Source: Clostridia bacterium (GTDB lineage: Bacteria; Bacillota; Clostridia; Oscillospirales; RGIG8002). From it: DNA of 64,000 nucleotides. The notes under the pieces were generated by a model that saw only the letters and a list, made by a program, of their open reading frames with translations, was not told the DNA's origin and did no database searches. Positions 34,725 to 41,478 of this stretch are shown piece after piece (position 1 is the stretch's first letter; the number at the start of each line of letters is the position of its first letter). Location: contig JAFRVI010000023.1 of assembly GCA_017438525.1 (NCBI GenBank), forward strand, positions 2,761 to 66,760, in the 5' to 3' direction. A program made the position numbers and the translations under genes.

Positions 34725-34873
34725 TGAAAACAGCACAAACGGAAACGGGTGTAGGTAGGGGCATGAAGTTTGAGAGGATCCGTCGTATCACGGGATACCT
34801 CGTTGGAGATCTTCAGCGATTCAACGACGGAAAATTCGCGGAACAAAAGGACAGAGTTAAGCACAGTGTTTGA
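34724..34873 (+). CDS. Stand-alone NrdD-type glycyl-radical peptide (49 aa), phage-encoded
   Basis: Not in the ORF track (<60 aa). The ATG overlaps the upstream TAA (TAATG). It encodes MKTAQTETGVGRGMKFERIRRITGYLVGDLQRFNDGKFAEQKDRVKHSV. RRITGYL plus N..K..E..DRVKH is the class III RNR C-terminal radical domain. Confidence 0.7.
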   Translation: MKTAQTETGVGRGMKFERIRRITGYLVGDLQRFNDGKFAEQKDRVKHSV

Positions 34874-34901
34874 GTCTGCAGAAAAAGCCGCATATTTTTT
34901 G

Positions 34902-34940
34902 AAAAAAAGAGAGAGCTCCGAGGAACTCTCTCTTTTTTTT
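34902..34940. terminator. Rho-independent terminator closing the late/lysis operon (A-run, stem, T-run)
   Basis: AAAAAAAGAGAGAGCTCC-GAG-GAACTCTCTCTTTTTTTT, with one mismatch in the stem. Confidence 0.75.
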
Positions 34941-35012
34941 ACCGGTCAATCCGGCACGTCAACCCGAACACCCCGCTGCAGAAAAACAACACGAGTTCGC
35001 ATTGACCGTATC

Positions 35013-35089
35013 TGGTCCGCCCGAAGGGATTCGAACCCCCGACCCCCAGAATCGGAATCTGATGCGCTATCCAACTGCGCCACGGGCGG
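35013..35089 (-). tRNA. tRNA-Arg (anticodon CCG), CCA encoded
   Basis: Manual cloverleaf: 7-bp acceptor, U8, A14, GG in the D-loop, anticodon loop TTCCGAT, T-loop TTCGAAT, 77 nt. The first pair is C1-G72. Confidence 0.8.
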
Positions 35090-35178
35090 ATTTTCAACTT
35101 TTTCAAAAAATTTTCTCCCGGAGTCGAGAGCGTTTTCAACAGGATTTCAACATGCGCGCCCTCGCCGGAATCTTAATC

Positions 35179-35207
35179 ATTATACCACATTTGACAAGCG
35201 TTGTAAA
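35179..35207 (-). promoter_or_regulatory. Promoter for tRNA-Arg (TTTACA-17-TATAAT with TG extension, minus strand)
   Basis: Plus strand shows ATTATA at 35179-35184 and TGTAAA at 35202-35207. Confidence 0.6.
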
Positions 35208-35292
35208 CTGTTTTTTGCCCTTCAGGTATACAATTTTTCAACATCACAAAGCTTTAACAATTAGCATATTTAGTTGAAAAACAGGGAGACGA

Positions 35293-35308
35293 ACACAAGA
35301 TATTGTGG
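35293..35308. promoter_or_regulatory. Candidate NrdR box
   Basis: ACACAAGATATTGTGG matches 14 of 16 positions of the NrdR palindrome consensus acaCwAtATaTwGtgt. It lies just upstream of the nrdD -35. No convincing second box was seen. Confidence 0.45.
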
Positions 35309-35326
35309 ATTTTTTGAAAAAAGTAC

Positions 35327-35355
35327 TTGACAAAGCCGGCGAAGGATGATAGTAT
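35327..35355 (+). promoter_or_regulatory. nrdD promoter (TTGACA-17-TAGTAT)
   Basis: Read directly. A roughly 100-nt leader follows. Confidence 0.55.
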
Positions 35356-35462
35356 ATAAAGCACAACGGCTCCGCGAGGGGAGATTTCTGCCCGCCGGCC
35401 GTTCCCAAAAAAATAGTGAGTCCAGGGTTTTATAAAATATTATTAATGAAAGGGTGCTGTTC

Positions 35463-37733
35463 ATGATTTGGAAAATCAGAAAGAGAAGCGGCGACATCGT
35501 TCCGTTCGACGCGCTTAAAATAAGAGAGGCCATCAAGAAGGCGGCGGACGCTTCCGACCCCAGCGGTCTGAGCGACGCGGAGCTCGATAACCTTACCGAA
35601 AAGGTCATACTCGCGATCCCGTCCTCGGGCATCCCCACCGTCGAAGAGGTGCAGGACCTCGTCGAAGAGAAGCTCATCGAGCACGGCTACTCCAAGATCG
35701 CGAAGGCGTACATACTCTACCGCGCCGAGCACGCGAAGATCCGCCAGACTGAGTCCGACCTTATGGATATATATAAGGAACTGACCTTCTCCTCCGCGGC
35801 TGACGCCGACATCAAGCGCGAGAACGCCAACATAGACGCCGACACCTCCATGGGCACGATGCTGAAATACGGCTCCGAGGGCGGCAAGTACTTCGTCGAC
35901 AACTACATCCTGCCCAAGGACATCGCGGCCGCGCACATCCACGGCGACATCCATATCCACGACAAGGATTTCTATATGCTGACAGAGACCTGCTGCCAGA
36001 TCAACCTGCTGGAGCTCTTCAAGGGCGGTTTCTCCACCGGCCACGGCTACCTGCGCGAGCCCAACGGCATCTCCAGCTACTCCGCGCTGGCGTGCATCGC
36101 CATCCAGGCGAACCAGAACGAAATGCACGGCGGCCAGAGCGTGCCGAACTTCGACTACTGCATGGCTCCCGGCGTCGCCAAGACCTTCAAAAAGGAATAC
36201 TTCAAGGCGCTGACCCAGTACTACTTCTACGCGGACGGCGACGATCTTCAGGACGCCGATAACTTCATCGCCGAGCTGAAAAAGGCCGTCGGCGACGACG
36301 TCAGAATGGCGAACACCGACGAGTTCGGCGCGAAGGTCGTCGACTACATCGTCTCCAAGGGTTTCAAGCGCGAGAACGCCGAGAAGGCGCACAGGAAGTC
36401 CGTCGAGACCGCGACGAGAATGACCGACAGAGCGACCTATCAGGCGATGGAGGCGTTCATCCACAACCTCAACACGATGAACTCCCGCGCCGGCGCTCAG
36501 GTCCCCTTCAGCTCCGTCAACTACGGCACCGACACCTCGCCGGAAGCGCGCATGGTTATTAAAAACCTGCTGCTCGCGACCGACGCCGGCCTCGGAAACG
36601 GCGAAACGCCTATCTTCCCGGTGCAGATATTCAAGGTAAAGGAAGGCGTCAGCTACAACAAGGAGGATCCCAACTACGACCTCTTCAAGCTCGCGATGAA
36701 GACCTCTGCCAAGCGTCTCTTCCCGAACTTCTCCTTCCTCGACGCGCCGTATAACCTCGCGTACTATAAGCCCGGCGATTTCAACTGCGAGGTCGCGTAC
36801 ATGGGCTGCCGCACGAGAGTTATCGCCAACGTCCACGATCCGAGCCGCCAGATCACCTGCGGCAGAGGCAACCTGAGCTTCACCTCAATCAACCTGCCGA
36901 GGATCGCGCTCGAATCCGACGGCAATATCGACAAGTTCTATTCGATACTCGACAGACGCATGGAGCTCGTCTTCCGTCAGTTGCTCCACCGCTTCGGCAT
37001 CCAGTGCACGAAGAAGGCGCGCAACTACCCCTTCCTCATGGGGCAGGGCGTGTGGATCGACTCTCAGAAGCTCGCCGACGACGACAGCGTCGCGGAGGTG
37101 CTGAAGCACGGCACGCTCAGCGTCGGCTTCATCGGCCTTGCCGAAACGCTCGTCGCGCTGACCGGCAAGCACCACGGCGAAAGCCCCGAGAGCCAGAAGC
37201 TGGGCCTTGAGATCATCGGCCATATGCGCAAGATGTGCGACGACAAGGCGAAGGCCGAGGGCCTGAACTTCACCCTGCTCGCCACTCCCGCCGAAGGCCT
37301 CAGCGGCCGCTTCGTCCGCATCGATCGCCAGAAGTTCGGCAAGCTGCCGGGCATCACCGACAGGGAGTATTACACCAACTCCTTCCACGTGCCGGTCTAC
37401 TACAACATCGGCGCATACGACAAAATTTCGCTCGAAGCCCCGTATCACGCGCTGACCAACGCCGGACACATCAGCTACGTCGAGCTTGACGGCGACACCT
37501 GCAAGAACCTCGACGCGTTCGAGTCCGTCATCCGCTGCATGAAGGAAAAGGGCGTCGGCTACGGCTCCGTCAACCACCCCGTCGACCGCGATCCCGTCTG
37601 CGGCTACACCGGCGTCATCGGCGACACCTGCCCGCGCTGCGGCAGACATGAAGGCGAAGAGGTCAGCTACGAAAAGCTCGCCGAGCTTCGCAAAAAGTAC
37701 CCCAACATGCCCAAGTTTTACGGAGTAAAATAA
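35463..37733 (+). CDS. nrdD: Anaerobic (class III) ribonucleoside-triphosphate reductase catalytic protein, lacking the glycyl-radical C-terminus
   Basis: ATP-cone N-terminus IRKRSGDIVPFDALKIREAI. Core motifs are present. Zn-ribbon CGYTGVIGDTCPRCG near the C-terminus. The ORF ends with TAA at 37731 and a second in-frame TAA at 37740. Alternative GTG start at 35454. Confidence 0.9.
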   Translation: MIWKIRKRSGDIVPFDALKIREAIKKAADASDPSGLSDAELDNLTEKVILAIPSSGIPTVEEVQDLVEEKLIEHGYSKIAKAYILYRAEHAKIRQTESDLMDIYKELTFSSAADADIKRENANIDADTSMGTMLKYGSEGGKYFVDNYILPKDIAAAHIHGDIHIHDKDFYMLTETCCQINLLELFKGGFSTGHGYLREPNGISSYSALACIAIQANQNEMHGGQSVPNFDYCMAPGVAKTFKKEYFKALTQYYFYADGDDLQDADNFIAELKKAVGDDVRMANTDEFGAKVVDYIVSKGFKRENAEKAHRKSVETATRMTDRATYQAMEAFIHNLNTMNSRAGAQVPFSSVNYGTDTSPEARMVIKNLLLATDAGLGNGETPIFPVQIFKVKEGVSYNKEDPNYDLFKLAMKTSAKRLFPNFSFLDAPYNLAYYKPGDFNCEVAYMGCRTRVIANVHDPSRQITCGRGNLSFTSINLPRIALESDGNIDKFYSILDRRMELVFRQLLHRFGIQCTKKARNYPFLMGQGVWIDSQKLADDDSVAEVLKHGTLSVGFIGLAETLVALTGKHHGESPESQKLGLEIIGHMRKMCDDKAKAEGLNFTLLATPAEGLSGRFVRIDRQKFGKLPGITDREYYTNSFHVPVYYNIGAYDKISLEAPYHALTNAGHISYVELDGDTCKNLDAFESVIRCMKEKGVGYGSVNHPVDRDPVCGYTGVIGDTCPRCGRHEGEEVSYEKLAELRKKYPNMPKFYGVK

Positions 37734-37769
37734 TTAACATAACCAAACTTTTCACAGGAGGGAAAGAAA

Positions 37770-37928
37770 ATGACCAAGAGCATAGTTACCACCGAGACCG
37801 GAATCGGCGAGGGCGTCGGCTTCGAGAGAATCCGCAGAATCACCGGTTACCTCGTAGGCACCACCGACCGCTTCAACAACGCCAAGCGCGCCGAGGAAAA
37901 AGACAGAGTCAAGCACAGTCTTGCGTAA
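37770..37928 (+). CDS. Stand-alone NrdD glycyl-radical subunit (52 aa), host copy
   Basis: Not in the ORF track. SD AGGAGGG 7 nt upstream. Encodes MTKSIVTTETGIGEGVGFERIRRITGYLVGTTDRFNNAKRAEEKDRVKHSLA. Same reading frame as nrdD but separated by two stop codons. Confidence 0.75.
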   Translation: MTKSIVTTETGIGEGVGFERIRRITGYLVGTTDRFNNAKRAEEKDRVKHSLA

Positions 37929-37942
37929 TTGAACGCAAACGC

Positions 37943-37980
37943 GGGTCCGGCGGGAAAGCTTCCGCCGGATCCGTTCTTTT
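37943..37980 (+). terminator. Rho-independent terminator of the nrdD operon
   Basis: GGGTCCGGCGG-loop-CCGCCGGATCC followed by GTTCTTTT. Confidence 0.7.
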
Positions 37981-37992
37981 CGGGAGGGGAGT

Positions 37993-38397
37993 ATGCCTGA
38001 TAAAGACAAGCGGGAAGAGGGGCGCGACGCCGCTCCCGCCGAAGCGCGGAAAACGAAGCTGCGCCTGAGGCCCGCCGAAGTGATTGCCTTCGCGCTTGCC
38101 GCGGTGTTCATCGCCGCCGCGGTCTTTCTTGCCGTACATAGATTTTCAAACGACGATCTGATATTCAAGCCGACGTCGTCAACCACCAAAACAGTCGAAA
38201 CCAAGTGGGTTGTCAACATCAATACCGCCTCCGCCGAGGAGCTTATGATGCTCGACGGGATAGGCGAGGCGCTCGCCGAGCGGATAATCGATTACCGCGA
38301 CGAGCACGGCGATTTCGAGACGGTATGGGACGTCGTGAACGTCAGCGGCATCTCCCGAAATTTGTTCAACAAGATCTACGAGCACATCACCGTGTGA
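37993..38397 (+). CDS. comEA: ComEA-family helix-hairpin-helix DNA-binding protein
   Basis: N-terminal TM helix, then NINTASAEELMMLDGIGEALAERIIDYRDEHGDF..VNVSGIS (HhH motifs). Confidence 0.85.
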   Translation: MPDKDKREEGRDAAPAEARKTKLRLRPAEVIAFALAAVFIAAAVFLAVHRFSNDDLIFKPTSSTTKTVETKWVVNINTASAEELMMLDGIGEALAERIIDYRDEHGDFETVWDVVNVSGISRNLFNKIYEHITV

Positions 38398-38425
38398 GCC
38401 GCAAAAGGCGGAAAAAACAGTCCGG

Positions 38426-38450
38426 AGGCCGCAGATGCGTTCTGCGGCCT
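38426..38450 (+). terminator. Hairpin terminator after comEA
   Basis: AGGCCGCAGA-TGCGT-TCTGCGGCCT. The T-run is weak. Confidence 0.5.
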
Positions 38451-38493
38451 TGAATTATATCCACAGGATTATAATATTTAACAAAAATAACTA

Positions 38494-38522
38494 TTTACAA
38501 AGCGACGCGAGAGGTGTAAAAT
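38494..38522 (+). promoter_or_regulatory. iorAB promoter (TTTACA-17-TAAAAT)
   Basis: Read directly in the AT-rich spacer upstream of iorA. Confidence 0.55.
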
Positions 38523-38557
38523 ACTTTTATTATACACTTCGTCAAGGGAAAGAAGGA

Positions 38558-40306
38558 ATGACGATGAAAAAAATCATGATCGGCAACGAAGCCGTTGCCA
38601 GAGGCCTCTACGAGGCCGGAGTAAAACTCGTATCCAGCTATCCGGGCACGCCGTCGACGGAAATAACCGAATTCGCGGCGAAGTTCCCGGAGGTTTACGC
38701 GGAGTGGGCGCCGAACGAAAAGGTCGCGCTCGAAACCGCCATAGGCGCCTGCATCGGCGGCGCGAGAGCGTTCACCGGCATGAAGCACGTCGGCCTGAAC
38801 GTCGCGGCCGACCCGCTTTTCACGGCGTCGTACACCGGCGTCAACGCCGGACTCGTCATCGGCGTCGCGGACGACCCGGGTATGCACTCCTCGCAGAACG
38901 AGCAGGACTCCCGCAACTACGCCATCGCCGCGAAGGTGCCGATGCTTGAGCCGTCCGACTCGGGCGAATGCCTCGCCTTCGTCAAGGAGGCGTACGAGCT
39001 CTCCGAGAAGTACGACACGCCCGTGATCCTGCGCCTCTGCACCCGAGTCGCGCATTCGCAGAGCGCGGTGGAGCTTTCCGACCGCGCCGAGCTGCCGCTT
39101 AAAGAATATGAGAAGAACGCCGCGAAGTTCGTCATGGTGCCCGCCAACGCAAAGGGAAGACACCCCTTCGTCGAGGAGCGCATGGCGAAGCTCGCGGAAG
39201 AGGCGAACTCCGCGTGGTTCAACCGCGCCGAATACCACGATACGAAGCTCGGCGTCATCACCGCCGGCGATTGCTACCAGTACGCGCGCGAAGCGCTCGG
39301 CGACAACGCCTCCTACCTGAAGCTCGGCATGGTCAACCCGCTGCCGGAGAAACTGATACGCGACTTCGCCGCAAAGGTCGACCGCCTCGTCGTGATCGAG
39401 GAGCTCGATCCCGTGATCGAGCGCTTCGTCAGAACGCTCGGCATCGAGGTCGAGGGCAAGAGCTTGTTCCCGACGTGCGGTGAGTTTTCGCAGGTGACAG
39501 TCAGAAACGCGCTCGGCGTCGCTTCCGAAAAGGGCTGCGAATGCGCCGAAAAAGCGCCGGTGCGTCCTCCGGTGATGTGCCCCGGATGCCCGCACAGAGG
39601 CCTTTTCTACGTGCTGAAAAAGCTCGGTGTCTACGTCAGCGGCGATATCGGCTGCTACACGCTCGGCGCGGGCGCGCCGCTTAACGCCATCGACACGACC
39701 GTCTGCATGGGCGCGAGCGTCTCGGCGCTGCACGGCTACAACAAGGCGAGGGGAGCGGAGAGCGCGAAGAAGAGCGTCGCGGTCATCGGCGACAGCACCT
39801 TCATGCACTCCGGCATCACCGGCCTTGTCAATATCGCTTATAATATGGGCAATTCCAACGTGATACTGCTCGATAACTCCATCACCGGCATGACCGGCCA
39901 CCAGCAGAACCCGACCACCGGGCAGACGCTGAAGGGTGACATCGTCGCCGCCGTGGACGTCCCCGCGCTCGTGAAGGCGATCGGCATCAAGCGCGTCGTC
40001 ACCGTAGATCCCTACGACGTGGACGAAACGGAACGCGTCATCCGCGAGGAGCTCGCGGCGGACGAGCCCAGCTTCATCATCAGCAAGCGCCCCTGCGCGC
40101 TGCTCAAATACGTCAAGTTCCCGAACATCTGCTCCGTAGACCGCGAGAAGTGCAAAAGCTGCAAGGCGTGCATGCGCATCGGCTGTCCGGCGATAAGCAT
40201 TATCGACGGCAAGGCGCAGATCGACCGCGAGCTCTGCGTCGGCTGCGGCGTCTGCGAAAAACTCTGCAAGTTCGGAGCCATATCGACTTCTGCGAGGGAG
40301 GGCTGA
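38558..40306 (+). CDS. iorA: Indolepyruvate:ferredoxin oxidoreductase alpha subunit
   Basis: N-terminus KIMIGNEAVARGLYEAGV..SYPGTPSTEI, a TPP-binding region, and a C-terminal 2x[4Fe-4S] motif CKSCKAC...CVGCGVCEKLC. The start was set at the internal ATG after GAAGGA. Confidence 0.9.
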   Translation: MTMKKIMIGNEAVARGLYEAGVKLVSSYPGTPSTEITEFAAKFPEVYAEWAPNEKVALETAIGACIGGARAFTGMKHVGLNVAADPLFTASYTGVNAGLVIGVADDPGMHSSQNEQDSRNYAIAAKVPMLEPSDSGECLAFVKEAYELSEKYDTPVILRLCTRVAHSQSAVELSDRAELPLKEYEKNAAKFVMVPANAKGRHPFVEERMAKLAEEANSAWFNRAEYHDTKLGVITAGDCYQYAREALGDNASYLKLGMVNPLPEKLIRDFAAKVDRLVVIEELDPVIERFVRTLGIEVEGKSLFPTCGEFSQVTVRNALGVASEKGCECAEKAPVRPPVMCPGCPHRGLFYVLKKLGVYVSGDIGCYTLGAGAPLNAIDTTVCMGASVSALHGYNKARGAESAKKSVAVIGDSTFMHSGITGLVNIAYNMGNSNVILLDNSITGMTGHQQNPTTGQTLKGDIVAAVDVPALVKAIGIKRVVTVDPYDVDETERVIREELAADEPSFIISKRPCALLKYVKFPNICSVDREKCKSCKACMRIGCPAISIIDGKAQIDRELCVGCGVCEKLCKFGAISTSAREG

Positions 40307-40308
40307 AA

Positions 40309-40881
40309 ATGACTGAAAACATACTTATCGTCGGCGTCGGCGGGCAGGGAACGCTGCTCGCGAGCCGCGTGCTCGGCGCGCTCTATACCGCGATGGGCGA
40401 AAACGTCAAAATATCAGAGGTGCACGGAATGAGCCAGCGCGGCGGCTCCGTCGTCACCTACGTTCGCCACGGCGACGAGGTCGCCTCCCCGATAATCTGC
40501 GAGGGAGAAGCGGACGTCGTGCTCGCCTTCGAGCAGCTCGAAGCCCTTCGCTTTGTCACGAGCTTGAAAAAGGGCGGCAGGATAATCGTCAACACGCAGA
40601 AGATAATGCCGATGCCTGTCGTCACCGGCGCGGCGGAGTACCCCGCGGACGTTATCGAAAAGCTGAACGCGACCGGCGCGCGGGTCACCGCCGTCGACGC
40701 GCTCGCGATAGCGGAAAAGGCGGGCTCCGCGAAGGCGGTCAACATCGCGCTGCTCGGCGTTATGGCGAAGATCACCGGCGCGGATAAGGCGCTCTTCGAG
40801 CGTACGATCGAAGCCACCGTCCCGCCGAAGTTCCTCGACCTCAACAAACGCGCCTTCGCTCTCGGTTATGAGTTTGAGTAA
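40309..40881 (+). CDS. iorB: Indolepyruvate:ferredoxin oxidoreductase beta subunit
   Basis: ILIVGVGGQGTLLASRVLG...HGMSQRGGSV. The start lies 2 nt after the iorA stop. Confidence 0.85.
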   Translation: MTENILIVGVGGQGTLLASRVLGALYTAMGENVKISEVHGMSQRGGSVVTYVRHGDEVASPIICEGEADVVLAFEQLEALRFVTSLKKGGRIIVNTQKIMPMPVVTGAAEYPADVIEKLNATGARVTAVDALAIAEKAGSAKAVNIALLGVMAKITGADKALFERTIEATVPPKFLDLNKRAFALGYEFE

Positions 40882-40916
40882 CTGCCAAAAAAATCTCAAA
40901 ATCGCAAAAATAATTC

Positions 40917-40945
40917 TTTACAAAATCGATTTCTTGTGGTATCAT
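40917..40945 (+). promoter_or_regulatory. rpsO promoter (TTTACA-17-TATCAT with TG extension) followed by a ~100-nt structured leader
   Basis: Read directly. The leader contains GCCGG-TAAA-CCGGC nested in GGGG...CCCC, which is compatible with an S15 autoregulatory leader. Confidence 0.5.
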
Positions 40946-41049
40946 ATACAAAGTTGCGGTTGCTTCGTTAGGGGACAAAGCCGGTAAACCGGCGTTCACC
41001 GACCCCTTACGCAGCTTCACGCGGACAAAATACTACGGAGGTGAACCAA

Positions 41050-41316
41050 ATGCTGCTGAAGGAAGAAAAGATGGCGATCATCGAGAAGTACCGCCTGAGC
41101 GAGACCGATACCGGTTCTCCCGAGGTGCAGATAGCGCTTCTCACGACCCGCATCAACCAGCTTACCGAGCACCTTAAGGTGCACAAGCACGATAAGCATT
41201 CGCTTCGCGGACTTCAGAAGATGGTCGGTCAGAGAAGAAACATGCTCGGCTACCTGAAGGATAAAGACATCAACCGCTATCGCGAAATCATCGAAAAGCT
41301 TTCCATCAGAAAGTAA
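41050..41316 (+). CDS. rpsO: 30S ribosomal protein S15
   Basis: [58 protein letters not shown] lies 6 nt after GGAGGTG. Confidence 0.95.
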   Translation: MLLKEEKMAIIEKYRLSETDTGSPEVQIALLTTRINQLTEHLKVHKHDKHSLRGLQKMVGQRRNMLGYLKDKDINRYREIIEKLSIRK

Positions 41317-41324
41317 AAGTCACG

Positions 41325-41355
41325 GGGCAGTCGGAACTCAGCGTTCCGGCTGCCC
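41325..41355 (+). terminator. rpsO-pnp intergenic hairpin (terminator/processing site)
   Basis: GGGCAGTCGGAAC-N5-GTTCCGGCTGCCC, 13 bp with one G-U pair. Confidence 0.55.
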
Positions 41356-41478
41356 AGTTGTCGTTAATTACCGGTATTGCGGTGTTTTAGCGGTAAAGCG
41401 GGCGCCCGTTAAACGGACTTCGGCTTTATTGCTAAACGCTGTACATACCGGAGAAAATAAACGGAGGTATGTAAAAGA

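Larger units (their letters stand above)
1..35012. mobile_element. Prophage, partial (left end and integrase outside window); right junction adjacent to the 3' end of tRNA-Arg
   Basis: Uninterrupted run of phage-type genes (SSB, RusA, TerS/TerL, portal, scaffold, capsid, fibres, holins, endolysin). Nearly all are on the + strand with ATGA/TAATG-type overlaps. The run ends at a terminator about 70 nt before a tRNA 3' end. Confidence 0.85.

Noticed and set aside
34770-35264. 164-aa plus-strand ORF spanning the prophage end and the tRNA-Arg.
   Set aside because: It runs through a terminator and a tRNA gene and has no SD. The real small gene here is in another frame (34724-34873).
35345-35362. 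Second NrdR box overlapping the nrdD -10 region.
   Set aside because: Only about 9 of 16 positions match the consensus, so just the upstream box is reported.
34724-37928. The two glycyl-radical peptide genes as an att-site or integration-generated duplication.
   Set aside because: The two copies differ at many nucleotide positions (roughly 70% identity by eye) and at 12 of 44 aligned residues. They are separated by a tRNA and the whole nrdD gene, and each has its own translational context.
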